This document shows positions 30,140 through 40,605 of a stretch of DNA of 64,000 nucleotides, piece after piece. Under the pieces are notes generated by a model. That model was given only the letters and a program-made list of their open reading frames with translations. It was not told the DNA's origin and searched no databases. Location: IMG/VR virus record IMGVR_UViG_3300031760_000029, positions 18,593-82,592 of that record; one strand, 5' to 3'. Position 1 is the first letter of the stretch. Each line of letters opens with the position of its first letter. A program made the translations under genes and the position numbers. The stretch is from a virus (lineage: Duplodnaviria; Caudoviricetes).

Positions 30140-30310
30140 ATGGAACTGAAAACAATGTGGTCTGAATTTTATGGAGGAACTATCACAGTGAAAATATGCA
30201 AAACCCTGGATGAGATTCCAAGCTCTGCGCGTTATAAATACGATGATGACGAAACAGAGTTGTCAATTTACTGTGATGATGACGATCAGTTTTATGGAGT
30301 TAAACTGTAA
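30140..30310 (+). CDS. small acidic hypothetical protein
   Basis: GGAGGGG RBS; 56 aa, not in the ORF track; followed by a perfect TAAAA-gaaggt-TTTTA site at 30357-30372. Confidence 0.55.
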   Translation: MELKTMWSEFYGGTITVKICKTLDEIPSSARYKYDDDETELSIYCDDDDQFYGVKL

Positions 30311-30397
30311 TGTATTACAATTATCATGCCAATTATAATTTAATATGTAGCGATGTTAAAAGAAGGTTTTTATTGACAAAGGCAAAGACTGGCGTAA

Positions 30398-30445
30398 CAA
30401 AATTAACGTCAAAGCATTGACAAACGATTTGAAATATCGTAAATT
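30398..30445 (+). promoter_or_regulatory. sigmaA promoter with upstream CAAAATTAACG box
   Basis: TTGACA (30417)-17 bp-TAAATT (30440); a second TTGACA lies at 30373. Confidence 0.6.
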
Positions 30446-30466
30446 TAAGGAAAGGAGGACAGAACG

Positions 30467-31657
30467 ATGACTAACAGAGACGAGTTATGCGCAGATCTTC
30501 AGAAGATTCTTGAACGAAATAGCAGTAATGATACAAAAGTAAAAGAGTATATTAAAACGATCGGAGATAATCATGCACTTCCAGTATCTAAGATCTTTGA
30601 CTATGTAACGGTAAGGGAAGTCATTTCTGTCCTCGATGACACGATGTTGTTTTGTATATGTGAGGCGGTCGCCAATGATAAACTTCCTCAGTTTTTTAAT
30701 AAGGAAGAGATTGCTTCGTATTCGAAATGGAAATATGTAGATACAGATAAATTTACTATTCCACATACATTTCAGAATGTGCTTGCGGTTGGAGACGATC
30801 AGTGGATTACTATAACGAGTGCAAAGGAATTGATTCGTATGGGCAATTCCCAAGTGCTTCGCTATAACGCAACCACCCAGCGCCCGCTGCAGATCGTTCG
30901 TCACGGAACAATCGAAACGTATATCCCTTACTATAATAAAAGTGCTGGCGACGCCATAAGGGAGTCGTATACCTCTGGTAAGTACATTCCTAACTTCATT
31001 ACAATCAATGTCCCAGATACACATATATGCGAATACAATGCAGAGGAAATGAGTCTGCGTGTTGATGCACCATATTTTGATCTGATTGATGGATATCATA
31101 GATATCGTTCTCTACTTTCAATATGTAGTAGTGACAAAACATTTGATTATCCTATGGGCCTGCAAATCATGAATTTTTCTGAGGGTAAGGCAAAATATTT
31201 CATCTATCAAGAAGATCAAAAGACAAAGATGGCGAGGTCATCTTCAAAAGCAATGGACGTATATGCAACGCAAAATAGGATTGTATCCAGGTTGAATGCA
31301 GATCCTTCGTTTATTCTTTGTGATAACATTAATCAGAACACAGGAGTTGTAAATTCTGCTGATCTTGGAGTTGCGATTGCTAGATTGTATGCAAATGGAG
31401 ATATTATAGAGATCACAAATGAGATCAAGGCTGGTATAGAAACGTTAGTCCAAAAGAAACCAGGACTGCTCGATAAGAAATGGGATAAGAAATATACATA
31501 TACCATAGTATTTATGATCAAGTACCACATCCCTATGACCAAAGTAGATGGTGTCTATAAGAAAGTTCTGTCTAACAATATGTTTAACGGTGATACAATT
31601 ACCAGGGCAGATACAAGAAAAATGAATGACATCTTAGGTAAGAAAGGGGGTGTATGA
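30467..31657 (+). CDS. DGQHR/DndB-like (ParB/Srx-fold) protein, SPbeta YopQ-like
   Basis: YIPNFITIN, FDLIDGYHRYRSL and AKYFIYQEDQKTKM motifs. Confidence 0.7.
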   Translation: MTNRDELCADLQKILERNSSNDTKVKEYIKTIGDNHALPVSKIFDYVTVREVISVLDDTMLFCICEAVANDKLPQFFNKEEIASYSKWKYVDTDKFTIPHTFQNVLAVGDDQWITITSAKELIRMGNSQVLRYNATTQRPLQIVRHGTIETYIPYYNKSAGDAIRESYTSGKYIPNFITINVPDTHICEYNAEEMSLRVDAPYFDLIDGYHRYRSLLSICSSDKTFDYPMGLQIMNFSEGKAKYFIYQEDQKTKMARSSSKAMDVYATQNRIVSRLNADPSFILCDNINQNTGVVNSADLGVAIARLYANGDIIEITNEIKAGIETLVQKKPGLLDKKWDKKYTYTIVFMIKYHIPMTKVDGVYKKVLSNNMFNGDTITRADTRKMNDILGKKGGV

Positions 31658-32576
31658 TATGTTTAACACAGAGAGAAAAGAAAAATTTATAGCAGAGAAT
31701 AATAATTTTGCAGAAAAGGAACTATACGAAAAGAGAATTCGTTTTCTTTTTTCTCAAACTGCTGGGCTAGAAGAAGAATATGGAAAAGATCTGTGTGATT
31801 TCTCGTACAATGAAATTATCGACTATTACAAGGCGTTGACTACTGCATCATTGGATCGACTAATTGTTACAAATAATATATTTACTACATACGGAGCTTG
31901 GTGTCTAAAGAATGGTTATGTTCAAGATGGACTTAATCACTATGCAGAAATTACATCGGATGTGTTGAATACATGTATAAATCTTGGGCATCAAAGAGAT
32001 TTATTCATACCTAGATCGGAGTTACTTAACGCGATCAGGGGATTTGGCAACAAATATGAAGAGGTAATTGTTCTTGGATTGTATGAAGGATTAGATTTAA
32101 TTGATTTGCAGAATCTGACTATTAATGATATCAATAGTCATAAATATGAAGTAAGATTACAAAAAGAAAGAACGTTGACTGTATCAAAAGAACTTATCTC
32201 TACTATGATTGAATCTGCAGATACGTATGAAGTTGTACAAATGGATGATAGAAAGAGAAAATTGTATGATGATTACAAAAAGGATTCTCCGTTAATAATC
32301 AAATTGTTTAAAGAAAGATCTATGGATGATCGTACATCACAATTATTTAATATTATGAAGAGAATCAAGGCAAATTACGGATACTCCTGGTTGAGTGCGG
32401 CAAACCTTCCAATGATTGGTTCAGCCAATATGTTATTGGAGCTTTTGCAAAAAGAAAAGGGAAAGACAGCTGAGGAGGTGGCAAACGAACACATTGCTGA
32501 ATTTAAGTTGAGATATGGACCATATTGGAGATACGGAAAGAGGATGAAATTGAAGTTTGGATATCTTTATGAGTAG
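31650..32576 (+). CDS. MrpR/YopR-like repressor with a degenerate integrase fold
   Basis: MFNTERKEKFI, LEEEYGKDLCDFSYNEIIDYY and YGAWC....NHYAEI. The catalytic Arg position reads LYEGL, consistent with an inactive recombinase fold. Follows the YopQ-like gene as in SPbeta. Confidence 0.65.
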   Translation: MYDMFNTERKEKFIAENNNFAEKELYEKRIRFLFSQTAGLEEEYGKDLCDFSYNEIIDYYKALTTASLDRLIVTNNIFTTYGAWCLKNGYVQDGLNHYAEITSDVLNTCINLGHQRDLFIPRSELLNAIRGFGNKYEEVIVLGLYEGLDLIDLQNLTINDINSHKYEVRLQKERTLTVSKELISTMIESADTYEVVQMDDRKRKLYDDYKKDSPLIIKLFKERSMDDRTSQLFNIMKRIKANYGYSWLSAANLPMIGSANMLLELLQKEKGKTAEEVANEHIAEFKLRYGPYWRYGKRMKLKFGYLYE

Positions 32577-32592
32577 GCTTGGTGCCTACTTT
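32572..32592 (+). terminator. probable terminator hairpin
   Basis: agtaggc-ttggt-gcctact followed by a short T run. Confidence 0.45.
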
Positions 32593-32604
32593 GCAATATG
32601 CCGA

Positions 32605-32677
32605 CTAAATTTAAACGTAAATTTGTATTTAAAACCACATGATATGCCTTGACATAATCGAACATGCGTTCTATTAT
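32605..32677 (+). promoter_or_regulatory. sigmaA promoter with upstream CTAAATTTAAACG box
   Basis: TTGACA (32649)-17 bp-TATTAT (32672). Confidence 0.7.
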
Positions 32678-32730
32678 TGTGGTGTAAGAACTTTTGAGTA
32701 ATTCATCTTGTATATAGGAGGAAATGCGAC

Positions 32731-33009
32731 ATGGGTAATGAAGCGATGGTTACAAAGGTAAATGAAATTCTGGCTAATCTGATTGACAGAGATGTCGCGA
32801 CAATCTTGCGGGCGGAATCTTGCAAACAGATCATACAGGGTGGATATGTAACCATAAGAGAACATGAAAATAAAGTAGACATTATATATGAAGATACTGA
32901 TACTTTTCTTGAGTTTTCTAAGGCCGATGTAAAAGAGGTAGAGATCGACGACGAGACCTATACTCTTATATTCGACGGCATTGTCATCACATTCTCGTGT
33001 GATGACTAA
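32731..33009 (+). CDS. hypothetical protein
   Basis: GGAGG RBS; 92 aa. Confidence 0.7.
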   Translation: MGNEAMVTKVNEILANLIDRDVATILRAESCKQIIQGGYVTIREHENKVDIIYEDTDTFLEFSKADVKEVEIDDETYTLIFDGIVITFSCDD

Positions 33010-33026
33010 AAAATCTCATTAAAACC

Positions 33027-33102
33027 CAAAATTAAACATTGACACGCGTCGCGTACGCGTGTTATTATATTAGCATACGAACTAAAATTAACGCGCAACG
33101 CG
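33027..33102 (+). promoter_or_regulatory. sigmaA promoter with palindromic CGCG-rich spacer and CTAAAATTAACG box
   Basis: TTGACA (33039)-18 bp-TATTAT; inverted repeat acacgcgt-cgcgt-acgcgtgt (33042-33062); box at 33082. Confidence 0.7.
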
Positions 33103-33126
33103 TAAATGAATGAAAGGAGTAGTAAC

Positions 33127-34239
33127 ATGAGGTACAATTTTGTAGGTAAAGTTGAGGCAAAGGAAGACAAGTACTTGCGGGAGAATAAGGGTGGCTCCGT
33201 GACTCTTAATCTGCAGTGCGTAGCCGCGCAAAACAATCGCGCATTCCTTGAGATGTTCGGGATGAAGCGCGACACGATCCAGACTTTTAATACGGAAAAC
33301 GAGAAGATCGAGATTGATTGGAAGGATCGCGAGGATGAGGATGTCGTTAAGCAGGTGGCTAACTTCCGCAAGTACATCATCACGCTGAACGGAAAACGTC
33401 ACGAGTATATCTCTGAGTGGGATTTCATCCAGTTTGTTGTCGAGAATATCGATGAGATTCGCGGTAAGGAATTCACAATCACTGGCCAGGTACAGAAGAA
33501 TGATTATGATGGCAAGATTACAGACCGCTTCAAGATTCAGAATATGTATGAGGTAACTGAGGAAAAGAAACATCAGCTGCGCGTCAGTGGAGAATTCTTC
33601 TTCTCTGCAGATGGTGTTGACACTGCTGATTGGAAGAAAGAGCGAAAGGTAATTTTCAACGGTTATACAAGGGAATACATGGATAAGGATCATCCGAATT
33701 GCTACGTTCCTAAGACGATTATCTTTGACTGCTCGAAGCTTGATTTTGATAATGAGAGCCACATCGAAATTCTTAAGCTGCGTCTTGAATTGATGGGCCT
33801 GGAGTACGATGAGGATGAAGATAAGATCAAGGTAGCTCTGAAGAAGAATACTTATTATGCCCAGAACGTAATTCTGAATTATGTGAATGGTGCGGAAACT
33901 GTCGAATTCGACGAGAGTCAGCTCACTCCTACGCAGCTCAAGATGGTGAAGCTCGGGGTAAAGAAGGCAGAAGACTTCCGCCCTGCAGGACAGATCTTTG
34001 GTGAGCGTGTGCAATTGTATAAGCTCGTCGATTATGATCTTCGCGGAACATATCAGGATGGTCTGGTCAAGCTGAATGAAAAAGCAAAGGAATTTGAGGA
34101 GAATATTTATTCTCAGATTGCAGATGAGAGCGAGGATGATCTGGATGAGCTGCCTTTCAGTAAGAAAATGAATCCTCCTGAGGAGAAGAAGGTAAAGAAG
34201 CAGGAAGATGACATTGACGAGAGCAATTTGTTTGATTGA
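33127..34239 (+). CDS. ssDNA-binding-like replication protein
   Basis: GAAAGGAG RBS; beta-rich; acidic tail DDIDESNLFD; position before AAA_24 as in SPbeta-like phages. Confidence 0.55.
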   Translation: MRYNFVGKVEAKEDKYLRENKGGSVTLNLQCVAAQNNRAFLEMFGMKRDTIQTFNTENEKIEIDWKDREDEDVVKQVANFRKYIITLNGKRHEYISEWDFIQFVVENIDEIRGKEFTITGQVQKNDYDGKITDRFKIQNMYEVTEEKKHQLRVSGEFFFSADGVDTADWKKERKVIFNGYTREYMDKDHPNCYVPKTIIFDCSKLDFDNESHIEILKLRLELMGLEYDEDEDKIKVALKKNTYYAQNVILNYVNGAETVEFDESQLTPTQLKMVKLGVKKAEDFRPAGQIFGERVQLYKLVDYDLRGTYQDGLVKLNEKAKEFEENIYSQIADESEDDLDELPFSKKMNPPEEKKVKKQEDDIDESNLFD

Positions 34240-34252
34240 GAGGTGACTAAGA

Positions 34253-35401
34253 ATGGGAAAATTTGGTAAAAAACATGTTATTGATCTGAATCCTTTAAGT
34301 TTTCAGATTTGTCTAAGTGGGCTCGGTGGTATCGGCAAGACCACTCTGGCTAAGGAAGTTTGTGAAAAACTTGTTGGAGAGAATGGATATATACATTTTA
34401 ATATCGGACGTGAAGGTGGTGTGGATGCAATTTCAAACATTGTGTCTGAACCAATTGAAGATTGGGAAAAGTTGGAAGAAGTTGTTGATGACATCGTCGA
34501 AAATAAAGATAGTGATTATCCAGATTTAAAGGTTGTTGTTTGGGATAGTTTGGATGAATTAATTCGACTCGGAGAAGCGGAAACTATTCGTTTGGAGAAT
34601 AAAAAGAATCCAAGTGAAAAAGTTGACTCGATTTTAAAGTGCAGAGGCGGTTTTGGAAAAGGACAGGATTTCTGTATCAATATGATTCTTGATTGTATGT
34701 GGGCATTAAAAAATGTAGGCGTGAATTCGTTTATCATAGCACACACAAAAAGATCAGATATTATTGATCCTGTTTCTCAGGCCACATATTCCCAGTTGAC
34801 GGCTGATGCTCAACAGAGATATTTCAATGCAATTCGAAATAAGATGGATATCATTGCTGTTGGATATATTGATAGGGAAATTGCACAGGAGAACACTGGA
34901 CGTAAAAACATCGTGACTAAAAAGGATATTACGATCAATAAGGTATCTTCTGAAACAAGAGTAATTTCTTTCAGAGACGATAGTTACAGTATAGATAGTA
35001 AGTCTAGATTCGCTGATATTGCTGACAAAATTCCTTTTGATTCGGACGAATTCATTAAAGCAATTCAGGACGCAATTAAGGCCGAGAATGAAAAAAGTGG
35101 ATTATCTTCTGCTGAGATAAAGAAAACTCAGGCAGCTAAAGATAAAAAGATGAAGGAAGATGCGTCTGCATATTCTAAGAAAGCAAAAGAGAATCATGTA
35201 GACACCGATCGCAACGACGAACTGGTCGCACAGATCAAACCTTTATATAAAGCTGCGGAGCAGGAAACCAAGGATGCAGTAAAAGAAATCATGGCAGAAT
35301 ATGAAATTAAATCCTTCAAAGATGTCTCCGAGACACCCACAGTAGCACTTGAGAAGATCTTATCGATTCTTTCTGAGAAGATCGTATCGATTCTCTCGTA
35401 A
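34253..35401 (+). CDS. AAA_24 (Sak4-like) ATPase
   Basis: GLGGIGKT Walker A, VVVWDSLDEL Walker B, FIIAHTK. Confidence 0.8.
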   Translation: MGKFGKKHVIDLNPLSFQICLSGLGGIGKTTLAKEVCEKLVGENGYIHFNIGREGGVDAISNIVSEPIEDWEKLEEVVDDIVENKDSDYPDLKVVVWDSLDELIRLGEAETIRLENKKNPSEKVDSILKCRGGFGKGQDFCINMILDCMWALKNVGVNSFIIAHTKRSDIIDPVSQATYSQLTADAQQRYFNAIRNKMDIIAVGYIDREIAQENTGRKNIVTKKDITINKVSSETRVISFRDDSYSIDSKSRFADIADKIPFDSDEFIKAIQDAIKAENEKSGLSSAEIKKTQAAKDKKMKEDASAYSKKAKENHVDTDRNDELVAQIKPLYKAAEQETKDAVKEIMAEYEIKSFKDVSETPTVALEKILSILSEKIVSILS

Positions 35402-35422
35402 ACCTCCTTTCTATATATATGC

Positions 35423-35457
35423 AGAAGGGAGCGGGGAAACCCGTTCCCTTCTCTTTT
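35423..35457 (+). terminator. intrinsic terminator
   Basis: agaagggagcggg-gaaa-cccgttcccttct followed by cTTTT. Confidence 0.8.
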
Positions 35458-35468
35458 GGGTAAAAAAT

Positions 35469-37193
35469 ATGACAGCAGAACAATTGATTAAGGTAGCCAT
35501 GGATATGGGCTACGCAGATGAAAAACAGACACGATATTACATTGATCGCTATCCTAAGGAGGATTATGACGAATGGCAAGATATCCGTGACTTATACAGA
35601 ATGTGGGAGCCGCCTTATAGATGTGTGAAACGATCCCAAGCACATAAAAATTTCGTCGAGGTGGGTAAATGAGTGCCGAAGGATTCAACAGACAATTTAG
35701 GCCGAGACGTATCCGATCAAACGGAGATTTTATCGTGGTACATTATGATAAAAATAAAGTTGAACCACAAGATATTGTGGATTTTTTGGACAGAATTAAG
35801 GGTATCCCAGAACGAAATCGAGGAACAGTTTTTGTAGTGGAGCCAGAGGGGATTTATTTTAAAAGGAGATCATAAAATGTACGTAAATTCAACAGCAAGA
35901 CGCGATTATGATGAGATGATGTCTTTTAGTCGTAGGGTTAAGAAGTTCCGCGAGAGTCTGAAACCAGGGATGACACTTAAGGTTCATCCGTCAACTGATA
36001 GCCAGACATTCGACAAGAAGACAAAGCTTGCCAAGGTTGTCGAAATATACAAACACTATGTACATTTGCAAGATGATGATGGGTTCAATTACGGACCTAC
36101 ATACCAAACTCTTTTAATGTGGGGTAACAATTGATGAAGATTGAAAAGTATATTAGCTCGGATAAAAACAGAAAACACAAGATGTTGTATGCGGTATATA
36201 CCAATGACGAGTCCAAGGCGTTGCGGGCCGTGAAGGATATTCGCAAAATGAAAGAAGAGTATGAAGTACGACCTGGGTATGTATCTGGGAAAGATCTGTG
36301 GTGGGATCCGAAATACGGCAAAAAGAAAGTAATGGTTGTTTCAGTAAAATGATTATTACTGCTGCCGAGTGTCATAGCTTGGTGGCGGATTGGTGCAAAA
36401 ATTGCACATTATAAATTGCAAATGAGGGGATTGTTATGAAGTGTTGTTCAAATTGTAGATTTGGAACATATTATCCAGATGATTACGTGTATTGCGGAAA
36501 ACTTGAGAGTCCTAAGTATTCGCTCATTTTAGACCAGGATGATAAATGCAAAGAATGGAAGTCAACTTGTTTGTGCGGATCGTGCAAACAGGTTCGTGTG
36601 ACTAATGAAGGTGAGTGGGAAGTATACGCTTGTGATTATATGACGAATGTTGATCCTTCCGATGAAGCGTGTGAACATTTTGAAAGAGGTGATAAAGATG
36701 GATTGTTGTGAGAAATGTAAATATTTCAGAGTATTGAAACACAATTTTGAAATAGGTAAAGGTTTTGAATTGTCACATGCTTGTGTTTTGTATGCAGAAG
36801 ATTCTGAATCATTCATTATAGAAGTCACACCGCAGGATATGTGTGAAATGTTTACGGAGGTTAATAATGGGTAACTGGGATGTCGAGTTAGATCAATATA
36901 AAGATATGAACGATGAAATGTTAATAGAACAAGTAATTAAGTATTTTAAAAGATCGTTAGAAAGCAGTATGCGTGCATACAATAACCCGCATATATATGG
37001 CGAAATTAAGGATTTGTCAGAATTTGATATCAAGAATTTAGCTTTATTTGAAATTTATGCGTATCAGAGGGCTATTGCTGCGATAGAAGCCGTGGAATGC
37101 TTGACAGAGTACCTTAATAATCCGAATAGCGGGGAAAATGGATTAGTACACATTGACGATGTGCGCGGAGTTATGGAGGGATATCAGGCATGA
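35469..37193 (+). CDS. run of small hypothetical ORFs (35469-35672, 35669-35875, 35877-36134, 36131-36352, 36436-36711, 36698-36874, 36867-37193)
   Basis: Coupled ORFs; two are Cys-rich (CCSNC, CCEKC). Confidence 0.6.
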
Positions 37194-38013
37194 GCGATGA
37201 AATGACAAGAGAACAGGCAATCGGAATTATTACATTACACCGCGAGCATTGGCAAAGGCTTATGAAAGGCAACGTATGTTCGAAGCAGGAAGGCGAAGAA
37301 TCAATAGCGGCATTTGATGTAGCACTTGCCGCACTATCAGCAGTACTGTGTAAGAATGCTATCAGCAGAGAAAGTGTATTATCCATTATCGAAGAAAACC
37401 AAGAAGATGATGCGGATGAATGGATGGACTATCCGTGGAAGGTTACACCTAATCTGTTGATGGATGAGATGCGGAAATTGCCGCCCGTCACACCGAGCGT
37501 GATTGATGATATCAAGGCAGAGATAAAGCAAAAGCGCGAAGAGAATAGAAACGGTGAATATGACAAAATCTTTGAACTGTGCTTACTAATCATTGATAAG
37601 CACACAAGCGGAAAGGAACAAGCATGAGCGAGGAAATGACAAGAGAACAGGCTCGTGACACATTACGAAACGCCGCATGGTTGGGCACTGACGAGGACAG
37701 AGAACGTATTGAGAAAGCGGTCGAATTACTTTGCGGAGAACCGTGCGAAGAAACTATCAGTCGACAGGCGGTTTTGGATTTAGCGGTAAAAATCGAGTTG
37801 CCCGACAGTCAGACGTTTTTCTGCATTAGTCCCGAAGATGTAGAAGCGTTACCACCCGTCACACCACAGCCAAAGACAGGGCATTGGATAGAGTGTGAGG
37901 AAGAAGTAAAGTGCTTTTGTTCTGAATGTAAAGAAATATCAGACTATCCAACACAGTTTTGTCCTAACTGCGGCGCGAAGATGGTTGAGCCACAGGAAAG
38001 TGAAGAAGCGTGA
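37190..38013 (+). CDS. two mosaic paralogous proteins (37190-37627, 37624-38013)
   Basis: Shared MS.EMTREQA, ISR..VL and LPPVTP modules; the second ends in a CSEC...CPNCG zinc ribbon. Confidence 0.7.
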
Positions 38014-38435
38014 AAACTAAAACATATTTTCATGGTGATGGACATTCTAAATGGGGCATATGGAATAATATGCGCAAGGAGTTTCAATTTGGAATATGCG
38101 AAGATACGCCGCTACTAGCAGAACGAAAATTGCGTCAAAAGATAGGTAATGACGCAAGAAAATGGCGGTTTGAAGTAAAACAATTACCATGCGCTACAAG
38201 GAAGAAAGCGAGGTATCGGATGGAGATTAAGAAGTTGACGGAATATAAAGGAGCGTCGCGTTTTGGAAATTGCATAGAATGCGGAGAGATGGAATCAGAT
38301 AAACATAGATTATACAGATTGCAGTTTAAGGGCGTTTCCATTTGCTTATGTCCCGATTGCTTTAGAACAGTCAGAGCAAAGATGAATGATGCGATTTTAG
38401 ATGGATATATAGGCAAGGCAGAAAGCGAGGGATAG
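38010..38435 (+). CDS. hypothetical protein, probably an in-frame fusion of two small genes (internal RBS and ATG at 38220)
   Basis: The second half, MEIKKLTEYKGASRFGNC..C, is paralogous to 57131-57325. Confidence 0.6.
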   Translation: MKTKTYFHGDGHSKWGIWNNMRKEFQFGICEDTPLLAERKLRQKIGNDARKWRFEVKQLPCATRKKARYRMEIKKLTEYKGASRFGNCIECGEMESDKHRLYRLQFKGVSICLCPDCFRTVRAKMNDAILDGYIGKAESEG

Positions 38436-38616
38436 GCATTGGTAAATGCAGATATGATCTGTCGGAAGATTGTCACAATAGAGATTGCCTTGATTGTGTG
38501 CTTGGAAAGATACGGGCGGAGATAAATACACCAAACAGAGGGACTTGTGATTATTTTATCGTGGATAAAATCGAAGAAATCGTTCACAAGTACAAGGAAG
38601 AAAGTGGGGAACACTA

Positions 38617-40257
38617 ATGTCAACCGTATCCAAATATGAATGGAATATGTACCAAAAGCAAAAAGAATACAACGCACAAAAAGATAACAACCATTTTATC
38701 AATGAGTTTCGTAATAAGTCTAACGAAACTTTTGAACTTGCAAACAAAATAATTGAATCATTAGATACTCTTAAAAAAGTAACAAACAGCGAGGAACAGG
38801 CATGACAAGAGAAGAAGCAATATGTATAGCCGAAGAATTTAGTGAATGGCTTGAAGATATAGCTGAAAAGTATGGGTGGGATAAGGATGATGTACAGGTT
38901 TTAATAAAACAGTTTTTGCTGTGTGAGGTCGAAGGATGACAAGAGATCCAATATAACTCACTATTAAGGAGCTGCATGAAAGCGATGGATGAGGAAAATG
39001 TATAAGAACTATATAGCGGTGTGGTCAGTAGATGAAGAAATGAAAAGAGGTAATAAAAACTCTATTCATACTTTCATTGATACCGACGGTGATAAACTTC
39101 CTGTGTCTAGTAAACTTCACAGAGTAAGTGACGAGACGGTTAGAAAAATATGGGAATTGATTAAGGCAGAAAGTGAGGTAGAAGAATGATCTTAACACTT
39201 ATATTTATTTTTATGCTACTTTTAGGTCTTGTACTTATTTGGATTGATGATAATACGAATGCAGATACAGATATAAGTGGAGTAGTTCTTACTGCATTTG
39301 GTTCTGTTTTTCTTATTATTGCCATCATAGTAATTATTATAACACATGCATGTGCCGATCATACCATAAAGCAGAATCAAATAAATTATGAAGGATTATG
39401 TAAAAGATACGAAATTTCTAAATCTGAATATGAAGACGTATCTAAATCTGATGTAATAGCTGATATAACCTCCTGGAATATGGAGGTTTATAACACAAAA
39501 TACTGGACAGAAAATCCGTGGACGAACTGGTTCAATCCGCGAGAGATCGCTAATAATCTAGAGTATATTCCATTAGATGAAGAAAGCGAGGAATAGAAAT
39601 ATGCCAGATGCAGAAATTGTAAAAAACGCCTTGAAGTATTTGGTGAAATTAAGAATTGATAATGGTGAGTATGGATATGCTGGTGATAATCCAGATGATT
39701 ATGTCTCATGGAAATATGTGCTTCAGATACTCGATCTTATGCCATGTGATAAAGTGGCCGACTATGGATTGTGTGGATTATGCGCAGATCAAGGCGGTTG
39801 TGGAGCTTGTGTTGCAGAGACGAGGAAAGAGTTAGAAGAAGAATTTGGTATATTGTTTTCAGATGAAATAAAGAATGATGAGGAAGAGTCCGTCCTTGAT
39901 AAGATAAGAGCCGAGATTATTGAAAAAGACAGAAACGTAAAAGCCATAAGAAGTGATTGCTGTTGCTTTTTCACCGCAGATGAAATTTTAAATATTCTTA
40001 ATAAGTACATGGTAGAAAGTGATGAATAAGCGAGGATAAAAAAGATGAAGCCAGAGGATAATTCTAAGTTTGATGGATATATAGACCGAATAACAGTTAA
40101 TGGTAAAACTTATCGTTTAAAATGTGTTATTACAGAGGTGTATCCGATGTCTTGTCCTAAATGTGGTGGTAGAGTTGAACTAAAATATGGGCATGGTAAA
40201 TGTGAGTATTGTGGAACAAATTATTCAACACAATTTAAATTACAGGAGGATAAATAA
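38617..40257 (+). CDS. run of small hypothetical ORFs (38617-38805, 38989-39189, 39186-39596 with N-terminal TM, 39601-40029, 40045-40257 zinc ribbon)
   Basis: RBS-embedding ESE ends; co-directional. Confidence 0.6.
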
Positions 40258-40605
40258 TGAGAAATTGCCATAATTGTGGAGCACCAATTGCGAGGCATTG
40301 AAATGAACTATTATATTACAGTTGACGGCGCAATCGCAGTTATATTCATCTTGTTAGGTACTGCGGCACTTTTTAGTATGTTTGCAGAAAAATTTGCTAA
40401 GGATGATGATCATGAAAAGTAAATGTTTATTATTTTTGACAATATCGCTTTTTTTGTTGATGTTTATATATCTAATTTTCAACATCGACAAAGATGGAAA
40501 GATTGTGTACGATGGCGGATTCTTTCGTATTATGCAGCAAGATGAAGATCAGTATATGGAAATATACGATGATGGAGCACCAAAAATTATCGAGGGGGAT
40601 AACTA

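Noticed and set aside
27603-34014. Long antisense ORFs in the track (for example 27603-28286, 33088-34014, 18241-18873, 12346-12963)
   Set aside because: They are shadows of RBS-supported plus-strand genes, with no RBS or recognisable motifs of their own.
35351-35398. 24-nt tandem duplication at the end of the AAA_24 gene (EKILSILS-EKIVSILS)
   Set aside because: The duplication is real but probably a trivial local event or assembly artefact; there is no evidence of function.
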